From: Archangium sp.
GTDB lineage: Bacteria > Myxococcota > Myxococcia > Myxococcales > Myxococcaceae
Direction of reading: 5' to 3'
Length of the DNA: 64,000 nucleotides
Assembly (NCBI RefSeq): GCF_035633935.1
Contig: NZ_DASQDY010000434.1
Span: forward strand, 1,007 to 65,006
Of this stretch, positions 19,078 to 28,853 are shown piece by piece (the first letter of the stretch is position 1; each line of letters starts with the position of its first letter). The translations under genes and the position numbers were made by a program. The notes beneath the pieces were generated by a model. That model was not told the origin of the DNA. It worked only from the letters and a program-made list of their open reading frames with translations, and made no database searches.

Positions 19078-20450
19078 CTCCGGGCTCCCGGGACACCCGT
19101 CACCGCCGGCTGGAGCCAGGCGCCGTCCAGCATGGGCAGCCCCTGGGCGTCGAAGACGAGCCCTCCCACCTCCGGCGCCGCGCGCAGCGCCAGTCCCTGC
19201 GCGTAGAGGGGCAGCAGCGGTATGGACGGGGCGAGCGCCAGGGCCCGCTCGCGCGCCTTCGCGTCTCGTGCCGCGGGATCCGCCAGGGCGCCGATGCGCG
19301 GCAGCTCCACCCCGAGCAGATCCTTCCGGCCCGCGGCGTCCAGCACCACGGCCAGGGCCGGGCCGGGCACGGGTGGCAGCAGCAGCGAGTGGAGCATCAG
19401 CTCGTAGTCCCCCTTCGCCCAGCGGGCGCGCAGCCCGGCGCGCGGCAGGGGCTCCAGGGCCACGGCGTAGCCCCGGTCGTGCAGCCGCACCTGGAGGCGC
19501 TCGGCCACCGCGCGCTGGTCCTCGCTGCCCGCGTCGTAGAGGAGCGTTACCTTGCGCCCGGCCTGGGGCGCGGGGGGCGGTGCGGAGCGGGTGACCGGGG
19601 ACTGGAGGAGAATCGCGGGGGGCAGCAGGTGCGGCATGGGCACGGCCGGCCCGTGCACGAAGAGGCGCGTGAGGTCCTCGCGGTCGAGGGCGCTCTCCAC
19701 TGCCTGCCGGAAGTCCGGAGGCACGCGTCGCGGCGACCAGGCCAGGTAGGTGGCGTAGAGCGCCGCGCCGGAGGCCGTGCCCGCGTCGGGAAGCACGCCG
19801 AGCGCCACCTGGGCCTCCTGGGTCGTCCACAGGCGCGAGAGGCCGCGCTCGTCGGTGGGCAGCAGGCGCAGTCTGTCCAGGTACGGCCGGCCTCCGGTCC
19901 ACGCGAGCCGCGCCTCGACGGAGTTGGAGCCAGCGGCGGAGAAGGGGCCGAGCGCGGCGGGGATGGAGCGTGGCGGGGCGAGCGCGGGATGGCACAACGC
20001 GCGCTCCATATCCGGCCACGGGAAGGCGAGCGCCAGCTCCAGGGTGTCGCCGGTGGGGGAGAGCTGCCGGCCCTCGCCACGCAGCGGGAAGAGGAGGGCG
20101 CGGTAGGGTGAGGGGGCCTCGGGGCCGGTGAGCTGCGCCCAGGCCCGGACGAGCGCGTTGGCCTGAGCGGGCGAGGGCAGGCCGAGGCGCACCACCTGCG
20201 CGGAGGGGCGCGACAGCTCGCGGGCGAGCGTGGGCGAGAGGTGCCCGTCCGGGGCCAGGTGGCAGGCGGGCCGCGAGAGGAGCCCGAGCAGGGTGGCCTC
20301 GGTGGGGGAGTCGGCGAGAGACGGCTCTCCGGGCTCGGCGGGGCCGGTGTGGGCGACGCGCAGCTCGCCTCCGTATGGAACGCGGCCGGCGGCGAGCGAT
20401 GGCGTGGCGCCGAGGAGGAGGAGGCGGGCGAGAGCGTGGCGGAGCGTCAT
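19074..20450 (-). CDS. Family 5 solute-binding-like periplasmic protein (no transporter partners nearby)
   Basis: Signal peptide; RVPYGGELRV; GPF; PYLDRL; FRQAVESALDREDL; AERLQVRL; WAKGDYELML. Confidence 0.75.
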   Translation of the reverse strand: MTLRHALARLLLLGATPSLAAGRVPYGGELRVAHTGPAEPGEPSLADSPTEATLLGLLSRPACHLAPDGHLSPTLARELSRPSAQVVRLGLPSPAQANALVRAWAQLTGPEAPSPYRALLFPLRGEGRQLSPTGDTLELALAFPWPDMERALCHPALAPPRSIPAALGPFSAAGSNSVEARLAWTGGRPYLDRLRLLPTDERGLSRLWTTQEAQVALGVLPDAGTASGAALYATYLAWSPRRVPPDFRQAVESALDREDLTRLFVHGPAVPMPHLLPPAILLQSPVTRSAPPPAPQAGRKVTLLYDAGSEDQRAVAERLQVRLHDRGYAVALEPLPRAGLRARWAKGDYELMLHSLLLPPVPGPALAVVLDAAGRKDLLGVELPRIGALADPAARDAKARERALALAPSIPLLPLYAQGLALRAAPEVGGLVFDAQGLPMLDGAWLQPAVTGVPGARR

Positions 20451-21832
20451 GGCACACCCTGGCGCAGGAGGAAGAGCTCGCCGGTGCCGTCCGGCCTGGT
20501 GAGGCCCACCACCACCTCGCGGCGCTTGTCCCCGTCCAGGTTGGCCGTCACCACGTGCAGGGCCCGGCCGGCGGGCAGGGGCCCCTGCCAGAGGGGCTCG
20601 TGGGCGGTGGGAGCGCTCCCGCTCGTCTTGAAGACGCGCAGGACGTCCGGCGAGGGTTGGAGCTCGGGCGAGGTGGTGAGCAGCTCCGGCGTCCCATCCC
20701 CGTCCAGGTCCCCGAGCGCGCTGCCCGCGCCAAGGCCGGAGAGAGGCACGGGCGCCACCGAGGGCCGGGCGAAGAAGGAGGCCGAGCCATCCGGGTGGAC
20801 GAGGAGGAGGCGGGAGTTGGCGGAGCTGAAGGTGGTGAATCGGGCCGGCACGCCCGTGAGGCGCTGCTCCCCGTTGCCGAGCCGCACCTCGGGAGCGAAG
20901 GCCGTCTGGCCCGGCACGAAGCCGCCGCGCGCGTCCGGGCCCAGGGGCACGGCCTCGAGCCGGGAGACGAAGCGCAGCGAGCCGTTCTCCAGCGCCAGCA
21001 CCTCGCCGTGGGCGAAGCGGGTGGAGGCGGCGGCGATGCGCGGTGGCCCGGAGAGGATGGCGAGTGCGCCGAAGGGCTCGCGGGTAGGGGCGGGGCCGGG
21101 GGGCAGCACGTCCAGCGAGCGCTCCGCGACGAGGCTCCCCTCCGCGGTGAAGACGTGCACGGAGCGCTCGGTGAGCGCGACCACCTCGTCCCTGCCGTCC
21201 CCATCGAGGTCCCCGGCGGCGAGCGCGGCGGGCGGGGAGGGCAGTCGCGCCAGCACGGCGCCCAGCAGGCGCGGGGGGCGCGACTCCTCGGGTGTGGCGG
21301 CGGGCGTGCGCGGGGACGGGGGCTCCACGGCGGCGAGCGCGAGCGCCGCGGCATCCGCCTCCACGGCCTGGGCGATGGCGGCGGCGGGCGAGGGGGCTCG
21401 GGTGGCGGTGCGGCCGGACCAGAAGTTCACCCAGGTGCCGAATGCGTCACCGTGGGCGCGCAGCTCCCCGGCCTCCACGCCGAGGGTGAGCCGCACCAGG
21501 GCGCGGGTGCCCTGCTCGCGGGCGAGGGACTCGGCGGCCTCGGGCGAGGGCGCCTCCAGCACCACGGGGGCGAGCCCGGCGGAGGCGAGGCGCGAGGCGA
21601 GCAGCGTCCCGAAGGCGCGCCGCAGCTCGGGGGCGCCGCCGGAGAGGGACAGGGCCACGGGGGGTTCGGGCTTCATCGCCCGCACGTCCGCGGCCACGGC
21701 CTGGGCGAGCCGCTCGAGGGCCGGAGCGGCCGAAGTGGACGGGGCGGCCGGGGCGGACTGGGGCGGAGGGGGTTGGGCGGCCGGAGCGGAGAGCGCGGAC
21801 AGCAGCAGCGCGGCGGCGAGGGCCCGGCTCAC
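20447..21832 (-). CDS. FG-GAP/VCBS repeat secreted protein
   Basis: GDLDGDGRDE, GDLDGDGTPE, ANLDGDKRRE repeats; signal peptide; GTGA overlap with the PBP1A stop. Confidence 0.85.
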   Translation of the reverse strand: MSRALAAALLLSALSAPAAQPPPPQSAPAAPSTSAAPALERLAQAVAADVRAMKPEPPVALSLSGGAPELRRAFGTLLASRLASAGLAPVVLEAPSPEAAESLAREQGTRALVRLTLGVEAGELRAHGDAFGTWVNFWSGRTATRAPSPAAAIAQAVEADAAALALAAVEPPSPRTPAATPEESRPPRLLGAVLARLPSPPAALAAGDLDGDGRDEVVALTERSVHVFTAEGSLVAERSLDVLPPGPAPTREPFGALAILSGPPRIAAASTRFAHGEVLALENGSLRFVSRLEAVPLGPDARGGFVPGQTAFAPEVRLGNGEQRLTGVPARFTTFSSANSRLLLVHPDGSASFFARPSVAPVPLSGLGAGSALGDLDGDGTPELLTTSPELQPSPDVLRVFKTSGSAPTAHEPLWQGPLPAGRALHVVTANLDGDKRREVVVGLTRPDGTGELFLLRQGVP

Positions 21833-24435
21833 AGACCCCCCCGGCTACCTTCCTGGAGGAAGAAGTCGCTCGGGCTGACGTGGCCGGGCGGGGGCGCCTC
21901 GGCGGTGGGCTGGGTGCCCTCGAGGAAGGACTCGAGCCGGCCGGGCACGGAGTTGCCCGCGAGCAGGCCGCTGGCGGGGTCGATGCGCACCTGCACCACG
22001 CCCTGGGGCACCTCGAACTCGCGCGCGGGCAGGCCGGCGTGGGCGGCGCGCATGAAGCCCAGCCAGATGGGGAGGGGGGCTCGCCCACCCGTCTCGGTGC
22101 TACCCAGGGGCGAGTGGTCGTCGAAGCCCACCCACGCGCTGGCGACCCAGTCCGCGGTGTAGCCGGAGAACCAGGTGTCGCGGTTCTCGCTGGCGGTGCC
22201 CGTCTTGCCGGCGGCGGGGCGGTTGAGCTCCGTCACCTCCCTGGCCGTGCCCTCCTCCACCACGCTGCGCATCAGCGACGTGGTGAGGTAGGCCACCGCC
22301 GGGGGCAGCGTCTCCTCGAAGGCCGGCTGGTGCTCCTCGAGCACCTTGCCCCGCGCGTCCGTCACCTTCAGCAGCAGGAGCGGCTCGGCGTAGCGGCCAT
22401 TGGCCTGCAGCGTGGCGTAGGCGTTGGCGGCCTCCAGCAGGGTCACCTCGCCGGTGCCCAGCGCCAGGGTGAGGTTCTCCGGCAGCTCCGAGCGGATGCC
22501 GGCGCGGCGGGCGAAGTCGATGGCGGTGGCGGGGGTGATGGCCTCGATGAGGCGCACGGACACCGTGTTCTTGGATTTGGTGAGCGCCTGGCGCAGCGTC
22601 ATGGGGCCGTCGAAGGCGCGGTCGTAGTTCTGCGGCTTCCACGTCTTGCCGGTGTACGGGTCGCGGATGGCCTCGGGGGCGTCGTTCACCGTGCTGATGG
22701 GGGTGTAGCGCCCGCTGCCGAGCGCGGCGCCGTAGAGGAAGGGCTTGAAGGACGAGCCGGGCTGGCGCTTCGCCTGGGTGGCGCGGTTGAAGGGCGAGCT
22801 CGCGAAGTCGTAGCCGCCCACCAGTGCCACCACGTGGCGGTTGTGCGGGTTGATGACGACGAGGCCGCCCTGCACGAGCGGCACCTGGTCCAGCGTGGCC
22901 TCCAGCAGCGCGGGGGCGGGCGTGACGCGCGTCACGCGCACCAGGACGATATCGCCGGGCTTCATCACGTCCGACATCTTCGAGGGGGCGCTCTTGCCCT
23001 TGAGACGGGCCCAGGTGACGGTGGAGAAGGGGATTTCGGCGGTGCGGCCCACCAGGTCCACGCGGGCTTTCTTGCCCGAGTCATCCACCTGGGTGACGAA
23101 GCCGGCCACGCGCAGGCCCTCCTTGAGGGGCTGGAGCTGCACATGGAGCGCGAGCTTCTCGTCGGCGGAGAGCTTCGCGTCCTCCTCTTCCTCGGCGGGG
23201 GTGGTTACCACCGGCTCCTCGGCCGGCGCGGGTTGCGGCGCGCCAGCCTGGGCGAGCGAGGAGAGGTCGGCCACGTAGGCCCCCTCCTTCTGGCGCCGGC
23301 CCGCCTCTTCGATCTGCTTGGAGATGAGGGGCTTGAGGCGCTCGAAGCGCGCGGGCTCCAGCGTGCCGAGGGCGCCACGGTAGCCCTGGCGCCGGTCCAC
23401 GGCCTCCAACCCCTTGCGCACCGCCTCGTCGGCGACGGCCTGGAGCTTCGGGTCCATGGCGATGTCCACGCGCAGGCCTCCGGTGAGCACGACCTCACTG
23501 CCGTAGCGGGCGACGAGCGTGCGGCGGATCTCCTCGGCGTAGTAGGGGCCCACCTCGGGGGGCGGCCGCGGGGCGAGCACGATGGGCTTGTCCAGCTCCT
23601 TGGCCACCACTTCCTTCGGGACGAAGCCTTGCCCGGCCATCTGCCCCAGCACGTAGCGCTGGCGCTGTTTGGCCTTGACGATGTTCTTCTCCGGGTTGAT
23701 GCGGTTGGGTGACTGCACCGTGCCCGCGAGCACCGCGGCCTCGCCGACGCTCAGGTCCCTGGCGTGCTTGCCGAAGTAGTAGAGCGCGGCCTCCTCGATG
23801 CCGTCGCGGCCCTGCCCGTAGTTGGACTGGTTGATGTAGAGGCTGAGGATCTGATCCTTGGTGAGTGCCTCCTCCACGCGCGGGGTGAGGATCCACTCGC
23901 GAGCCTTGCGCGAGAAGCTGCGCTCGGGCGTGAGCAACATGTTCTTCACCACCTGCTGCGTGATGGTGGAGGCGCCGGACTTGCGGCTGCCGGGGATGAG
24001 GTTCTTCACGGCGGCGCGCACGATGCCGAAGAAGTCGAGGCCCTCGTGCTTGTAGAAGTCGGCGTCCTCGGCGGCGAGGAAGGCGTTGCGCACGTGGGGA
24101 GGCAGATCCTTGATGTCCACCACGGTGCGACGCCCCTGGGGCATGAAGAACTCGGCGCACACGGAGCCGCCGGCACACCGCACCTTGGTGACCTGGGGCA
24201 GGCTGTAGGTACGCAGCGCCTCCACCGAGGGCAGGTCCCGGCTGTAGTAGAGGTAGCAGCCCACGACGGCGAGCACGAGCAGCACGGTGCCCACGGCGGC
24301 CAGGACGAGGAGCCGCTTCGTCCAGTGCCACAGCCGGGCGCCCAGGCCGGGACGGGTCGGAGGTGCCGGGGGGGCCGGAGGAGTGGCGGGAGGATGGGAA
24401 GGAGGCTGGGAGCTCATCTCGCGGGCCGGGTTCAT
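21829..24435 (-). CDS. mrcA: Penicillin-binding protein 1A (bifunctional transglycosylase/transpeptidase)
   Basis: AAEDADFYKHEG, GASTITQQVVKN, RKARE; SSFK (SxxK), SKN (SxN), KTG. Start could also be 24417. Confidence 0.93.
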   Translation of the reverse strand: MNPAREMSSQPPSHPPATPPAPPAPPTRPGLGARLWHWTKRLLVLAAVGTVLLVLAVVGCYLYYSRDLPSVEALRTYSLPQVTKVRCAGGSVCAEFFMPQGRRTVVDIKDLPPHVRNAFLAAEDADFYKHEGLDFFGIVRAAVKNLIPGSRKSGASTITQQVVKNMLLTPERSFSRKAREWILTPRVEEALTKDQILSLYINQSNYGQGRDGIEEAALYYFGKHARDLSVGEAAVLAGTVQSPNRINPEKNIVKAKQRQRYVLGQMAGQGFVPKEVVAKELDKPIVLAPRPPPEVGPYYAEEIRRTLVARYGSEVVLTGGLRVDIAMDPKLQAVADEAVRKGLEAVDRRQGYRGALGTLEPARFERLKPLISKQIEEAGRRQKEGAYVADLSSLAQAGAPQPAPAEEPVVTTPAEEEEDAKLSADEKLALHVQLQPLKEGLRVAGFVTQVDDSGKKARVDLVGRTAEIPFSTVTWARLKGKSAPSKMSDVMKPGDIVLVRVTRVTPAPALLEATLDQVPLVQGGLVVINPHNRHVVALVGGYDFASSPFNRATQAKRQPGSSFKPFLYGAALGSGRYTPISTVNDAPEAIRDPYTGKTWKPQNYDRAFDGPMTLRQALTKSKNTVSVRLIEAITPATAIDFARRAGIRSELPENLTLALGTGEVTLLEAANAYATLQANGRYAEPLLLLKVTDARGKVLEEHQPAFEETLPPAVAYLTTSLMRSVVEEGTAREVTELNRPAAGKTGTASENRDTWFSGYTADWVASAWVGFDDHSPLGSTETGGRAPLPIWLGFMRAAHAGLPAREFEVPQGVVQVRIDPASGLLAGNSVPGRLESFLEGTQPTAEAPPPGHVSPSDFFLQEGSRGGL

Positions 24436-24466
24436 GGGGCGCGGGGACAACAAAAGGTGGACGACG

Positions 24467-25468
24467 TTAAACCGCCGGGCGGGGAACCGGAATGGGCTGG
24501 TGGGCCGCCGGGCGGGAAGCCTCGGAGGCGCGCGCCTCGCGATTCAACCGGGCGCGGTTGAGGCGGACCTTGAGATTCCTCGGGGACAGGCGTGCGGCGG
24601 TGTCGAAGGCCATGAGGGCCTCCTCGTAGCGGCCGAGCCGCTCGTAAGCCAGGCCCAGGTTGTTGTGGACGAAGCCTACGTGGGGCAGCAGCCAGGCGGC
24701 CTGGGCGAGCGCCTCGGCGGCCAGCGCATCCTGACCGGTGTGCAGGTAGGCGAGCCCGAGGTTGTTGAGAGCGTACCCGTGGTACGGGTCGAGGTGCACG
24801 GCCTGTCTGAACCGGATGATGGCCTCGTGGGGCTGACCGGCGGAGAGGTGGGCGCGGCCGAGCACCTGGTAGACCTCGGGGTACTCGGGGTCGAGCTCGA
24901 GCGCGGCCTCGGCGGCCCGGAAGGCGCCCTCGGTGTCGCCGAGCTCCAGGAAGAGGCGGGCCCGCTGGACGAAGGGCTCGGGGCCATCCGGGAAGAGGTG
25001 GGCGAGCTCTCCGTAGGCCTCGGCGGCGAGTTGCTTCTGTCCGGTGAGGCGGGCGAGGAGGATGACGGTGTCGAGGGCCCGCTCGGCGGCGTCGACGTCC
25101 TCGGTGGAGTCGTGGACGGCCCGGCGGGCCTCGGTGAGGGCACCCGAGAGGTCACCCTCCTGGCGCAGCGCGCGGGCGCGGGCAAGGTGGTCCACGGGGT
25201 AGAGGTGTGGCTCGTGGGGGAGCGAGAGCGAGTCCGCGGGCTCGGCGGGAGCGAGGTCCTCGGGCTGGGGGAGGGCCGTGTCCGGCGAGGGGAGCACTTG
25301 CGTGGTGCGGAGGGGGGCCTGCGTCTCGGGCTCACCGGAGGGGAGCACCTGAGGGGTGGGGCGATGGTCGGCGGACGGGAGGAGCCCCTGGGGCCGCCGG
25401 ATCTGGCCGGCATCGCAGGCGGCGAGGGAGAGGGCGGCGAGGCAGGCGGACAGGCTGATGTTCCTCAT
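24467..25468 (-). CDS. TPR-repeat lipoprotein
   Basis: ATG 25468, MRNISLSACLAALSLAAC lipobox; TPR motifs (YQVLGRAHL, ALNNLGLAY, VHNNLGLAYERLG). Confidence 0.85.
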   Translation of the reverse strand: MRNISLSACLAALSLAACDAGQIRRPQGLLPSADHRPTPQVLPSGEPETQAPLRTTQVLPSPDTALPQPEDLAPAEPADSLSLPHEPHLYPVDHLARARALRQEGDLSGALTEARRAVHDSTEDVDAAERALDTVILLARLTGQKQLAAEAYGELAHLFPDGPEPFVQRARLFLELGDTEGAFRAAEAALELDPEYPEVYQVLGRAHLSAGQPHEAIIRFRQAVHLDPYHGYALNNLGLAYLHTGQDALAAEALAQAAWLLPHVGFVHNNLGLAYERLGRYEEALMAFDTAARLSPRNLKVRLNRARLNREARASEASRPAAHQPIPVPRPAV

Positions 25469-25517
25469 GGTGCGGCTCCTTGTCGGGAGGAGCCCACTGC
25501 GATGCCCGTGCCAGACT

Positions 25518-25550
25518 CCCTCTCCCTCTGGGAGAGGGTGGGGGTGAGGG
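25518..25550. repeat. REP-like extragenic palindrome
   Basis: CCCTCTCCC-TCT-GGGAGAGGG perfect 9-bp stem followed by TGGGGGTGAGGG; resembles the common CCCTCACCC...CCCTCTCCC intergenic repeat. Confidence 0.7.
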
Positions 25551-25696
25551 TCGACGAGGACGCCTCCCCGCTCCCCGGGCCAGTCTGGTGCGGCAGGTGG
25601 GCCACACCCGGTGCTACAGGACCCACGAGGGTGTACCCGGGAGGAGGAGGAGAAAAACCGTGGCGGGGGAGGAGGTGACGTGCGACGTTGTGCAGG

Positions 25697-26467
25697 ATGA
25701 AGATCGCTGCCTGGAACGTGAATTCGGTCCGCGCCCGGCTGGACCGGCTGGTGGACTGGCTGAAGAGCGCTCAACCGGACGTGGTGTGCCTGCAGGAGCT
25801 GAAGTGCACGGACGCCGATTTCCCGATGGAGGCCGTGAGGGAGGCGGGCTACCACGCGGCGGTGCACGGGCAGAAGACGTACAACGGGGTGGCCATCCTG
25901 GCGAAGACGGAGCCCACGGACGTGGTGCGAGGCCTGTCGGACGGGGTGGACGACACGCATGCGAGGCTCATCTCGGCGACGGTGAACGGGGTGCGGGTGC
26001 TGAGTGCGTACGCGCCGAACGGGCAGGAGGTGGACTCGGAGCAGTACGAGTACAAGCTGCGGTGGTACGGGCGGCTGCGGCGCTACCTGGACACGCGGCA
26101 CAAGCCGGGCGAGCCGCTGGTGCTGTGCGGGGACTGGAACGTGGCGCCGGAGAACATCGACGTATGGGACGTGGCGCTGTGGGAGGGGCAGACGCTCTTC
26201 ACGGCGAAGGAGCGGGCGGCGCTGAAGGAGCTGTGTGCGTTCGGGCTGACGGACACGTTCCGCAAGCTGCACCCGGCGGAGCAGAAGTTCAGCTGGTGGG
26301 ACTACCGGATGCTGGCGTTCCCGAAGAACAAGGGGCTGCGCATCGACCACATCTTCGCGACGGCGCCGCTGGTGGAGCGGCTGGTGGCGGCGGACGTGGA
26401 CCGCGAGGCGCGCAAGGGGAAGCAGCCCTCGGACCACGCGCCGGTGTGGGCCGAGTTCAAGGATTGA
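25697..26467 (+). CDS. xth: Exodeoxyribonuclease III
   Basis: MKIAAWNVNS, LQELK, YNGVAIL, GDWN, WWDYR, LRIDH, SDHAPV. Confidence 0.95.
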   Translation: MKIAAWNVNSVRARLDRLVDWLKSAQPDVVCLQELKCTDADFPMEAVREAGYHAAVHGQKTYNGVAILAKTEPTDVVRGLSDGVDDTHARLISATVNGVRVLSAYAPNGQEVDSEQYEYKLRWYGRLRRYLDTRHKPGEPLVLCGDWNVAPENIDVWDVALWEGQTLFTAKERAALKELCAFGLTDTFRKLHPAEQKFSWWDYRMLAFPKNKGLRIDHIFATAPLVERLVAADVDREARKGKQPSDHAPVWAEFKD

Positions 26468-26488
26468 GAAAAAGATGTGGCATTTCGG

Positions 26489-27070
26489 TCAGATGCGGTT
26501 GGGAGTGAAAAGACAGTCGATGAGACGAGCTCCACCGAGCGCGAAGTGGCCTGTCCGGGGCCGGAGTTCCGGCACGGGGGTGGAGAGAACATCGTTGGAT
26601 AGGCAGGTGAAACCAAAGGTGGATTCGATGAGTTCAGCGAGCTTCGCCTCATGCGCCTGGAACTCGGGAGGTAGCGGAGGGAAACGGATCCAGGATTCGC
26701 TCAATGCTCCTGCATCCAGCGTATGCGTTGCATAGAGGGCGTAGGCGGGTGCGAGCAGACTCAACATACAAACGACGGCATCGTATCTGTCTCCTCCCAT
26801 TGCCACCCCTGGGAGCGCCACCTGGCAGATATAGCATGGATCGTGCTGGAGGAGTGTTCGATCCCAGAGCATGCAGCCAGGGAATTCGTCATGGAGTCGC
26901 CGGACGAACCGCTCCCAGTCGTTCATATGCTGCATCCTATCCTGGAGCAGCTTTTCCAGACGTTGGGCCTCTTCTGAGTCCTTGTATCGAGGCTCATCGA
27001 TGAGGACGCCGGAAGGATAGTAGCGGTGCACCAAGCGAACGAGCGCGTCAGCCGTCAGTTCCTGCTTCAT
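26489..27070 (-). CDS. Hypothetical cytoplasmic protein, partner of the adjacent lipoprotein (immunity-like position)
   Basis: 193-aa ORF 6 bp downstream of the lipoprotein gene; lower GC than the flanks; no recognisable domain. Confidence 0.7.
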   Translation of the reverse strand: MKQELTADALVRLVHRYYPSGVLIDEPRYKDSEEAQRLEKLLQDRMQHMNDWERFVRRLHDEFPGCMLWDRTLLQHDPCYICQVALPGVAMGGDRYDAVVCMLSLLAPAYALYATHTLDAGALSESWIRFPPLPPEFQAHEAKLAELIESTFGFTCLSNDVLSTPVPELRPRTGHFALGGARLIDCLFTPNRI

Positions 27071-27076
27071 GGATTG

Positions 27077-27571
27077 TCATGGGAACGTCGTGGGGATGAT
27101 TTCAATGCGCCAGGGGCGAAATTTGGAAACCGTCGATCCGGGAAGATAATCTTTCTGCTGACTGTCGTTCATGAGAGTCTGCATCTTCTGGCGAAACTGG
27201 TCACAGAGAACAGCCGTGACCAGCCGCTTTGTGAGGACTTGGCCTGCTGCTTCGTCTGCGGCGTTGGCCGCCACGTTCTGGGCCCGCTCGTCCGAAATTG
27301 GGCCCCGCCAGTTGACTTCCGGTACGCCCACTTCGATGTCGCAGTACGAAGCCTCAGGAAATCGCGGCGAGATCCTGCCCAGCAGAACGAGTACCTGCGC
27401 CACTTTCCAACCTCCTCCTTTTGAGCCGGATTGAGGCACGACATTGTGAAATTGGAACGTGGATGGTGGAACCTTTCCGATGACGCGAGGACCGGTGCAG
27501 GCGAATTGGAACGCACTGGCCGTTACCAGCAGCAGAAGCATGGCATGCGCACCCGACGTGTGACGTCGCAT
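27077..27571 (-). CDS. Hypothetical lipoprotein
   Basis: ATG 27571 (or 27541); hydrophobic MLLLLVTASAFQFAC with FAC lipobox-like end; lower GC. Confidence 0.65.
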   Translation of the reverse strand: MRRHTSGAHAMLLLLVTASAFQFACTGPRVIGKVPPSTFQFHNVVPQSGSKGGGWKVAQVLVLLGRISPRFPEASYCDIEVGVPEVNWRGPISDERAQNVAANAADEAAGQVLTKRLVTAVLCDQFRQKMQTLMNDSQQKDYLPGSTVSKFRPWRIEIIPTTFP

Positions 27572-27869
27572 AAGGCCTCTCTTTTGGTCCCTTCGTGCCC
27601 GGAGAGTGGGGTCGTACATACACGAGGCATGCCTGTGCCGGTCGTGTCGGCTTGAGGCTTCTGTCCTATATCCGGCTGAGCTGGGGGGGGACGGCCTCTC
27701 CATGAAGAAGCACGCGGCCTCCCGCTGGGGCTGGGCCACCGCCGCCAGAAAGACCTCGCGCTCCAACTCGAGCCGCCGCTTTCTCGGCAGCCGGTGACTT
27801 CTCTCCAGCCCGAGCAGGGGAGACGCTTGGGTCACTGCAGGCACCGCGCTTCGGGCTAGAGTGGCCTCC

Positions 27870-28799
27870 ATGGACGATCTCCTGCGGTTCCTCCTCACCG
27901 AGTCACCCGCTCCGGCGTCCCTCGGTTCCGTCGAGGACTGGTGGACACTGCACCTGCGGCTGGCCTCGCGCTTCTCCCTCCCGGTGGACGTGGCGTTCGC
28001 CGGGGGCTTCGCGGCCGATCGGCTGGGCTATGCCTTCGTCTCGGGCTATCACTCGGCCCTGCGCTCCTTGTTCCCCCAACTGCCGCCCCAGCACCGCTAC
28101 GCGCTGTGCGTCACCGAGGCCGAGGGCGGACACCCCGCCGCCATGCACACCCGGCTCACCGGCTCGGGCACGGGCCCGCTGCACCTGGAGGGCACCAAGG
28201 CCTTCGTCACCCTGGGCACCGCGGCGGACGAGCTGCTGGTGGTGGCCAGCGAGGGACAGGACGCGCAGGGGCGCAACCGGCTCCGGCTGGTGCGGCTCGA
28301 CTCGCGTCGCCCGGGGGTGACGCTCACCGAGCTGCCCCAGACGCCCTTCGTCCCCGAGGTGCCCCACGCCGAGCTGCGGCTGCACGAAGTGGCGGTGGCG
28401 CCCGAGGAGGTGCTGCCCGGCGATGGCTATGAGCGCTACGTCAAACCGTTCCGCACGGTGGAGGACTGCCACGTGTTCGCGGCTTTGCTCGGATGGCTCC
28501 TCCAGGTGGCCCGGCGCTCGGGCTGGCCGGACGAGGTGCGCGAGGAGCTCCTGGCGCTCGCGGTGACGATGCGGGGACTGGCGCAGGCGGACCCGGCCTC
28601 CCCGGCGGTACATCTGGCGCTGGCGGGGGCAATCGACCTGTGCCGGAGACGGGTGGACGGGCTGGGGACGCTCTGGGAGCAGGTGGACGCGCCCACGCGC
28701 GAGCGCTGGGAGCGGGACCGGGTGCTGCTCAACATCGCGGGCAAGGTGCGCTCGAAGCGCCGCGAGGTCGCCCGCCAGAGGTTGACTGCCCTGGCGTGA
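27870..28799 (+). CDS. Acyl-CoA dehydrogenase-like protein
   Basis: ALCVTEAEGG, LEGTKAFVT, FVPEVPHAELRL pattern; shorter than canonical ACADs. Confidence 0.75.
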   Translation: MDDLLRFLLTESPAPASLGSVEDWWTLHLRLASRFSLPVDVAFAGGFAADRLGYAFVSGYHSALRSLFPQLPPQHRYALCVTEAEGGHPAAMHTRLTGSGTGPLHLEGTKAFVTLGTAADELLVVASEGQDAQGRNRLRLVRLDSRRPGVTLTELPQTPFVPEVPHAELRLHEVAVAPEEVLPGDGYERYVKPFRTVEDCHVFAALLGWLLQVARRSGWPDEVREELLALAVTMRGLAQADPASPAVHLALAGAIDLCRRRVDGLGTLWEQVDAPTRERWERDRVLLNIAGKVRSKRREVARQRLTALA

Positions 28800-28853
28800 C
28801 ATCCAGCAGCGCGGGCCCTCTAATCCGTGAAGTATCCCCTCTGGGGGGAGGAC

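Noticed and set aside
17395-20457. 1020-aa ORF as one protein; likewise 37655-40039, 24467-26437, 55641-57473 and 10130-11467
   Set aside because: The N-terminal parts are off-frame read-throughs of neighbouring genes; true starts were placed at internal ATG/GTG codons with RBS or overlap support.
27683-27690. G8 homopolymer as a phase-variation switch
   Set aside because: Intergenic between divergent genes, with no evidence it lies in a promoter spacer; such runs are expected at this GC content.
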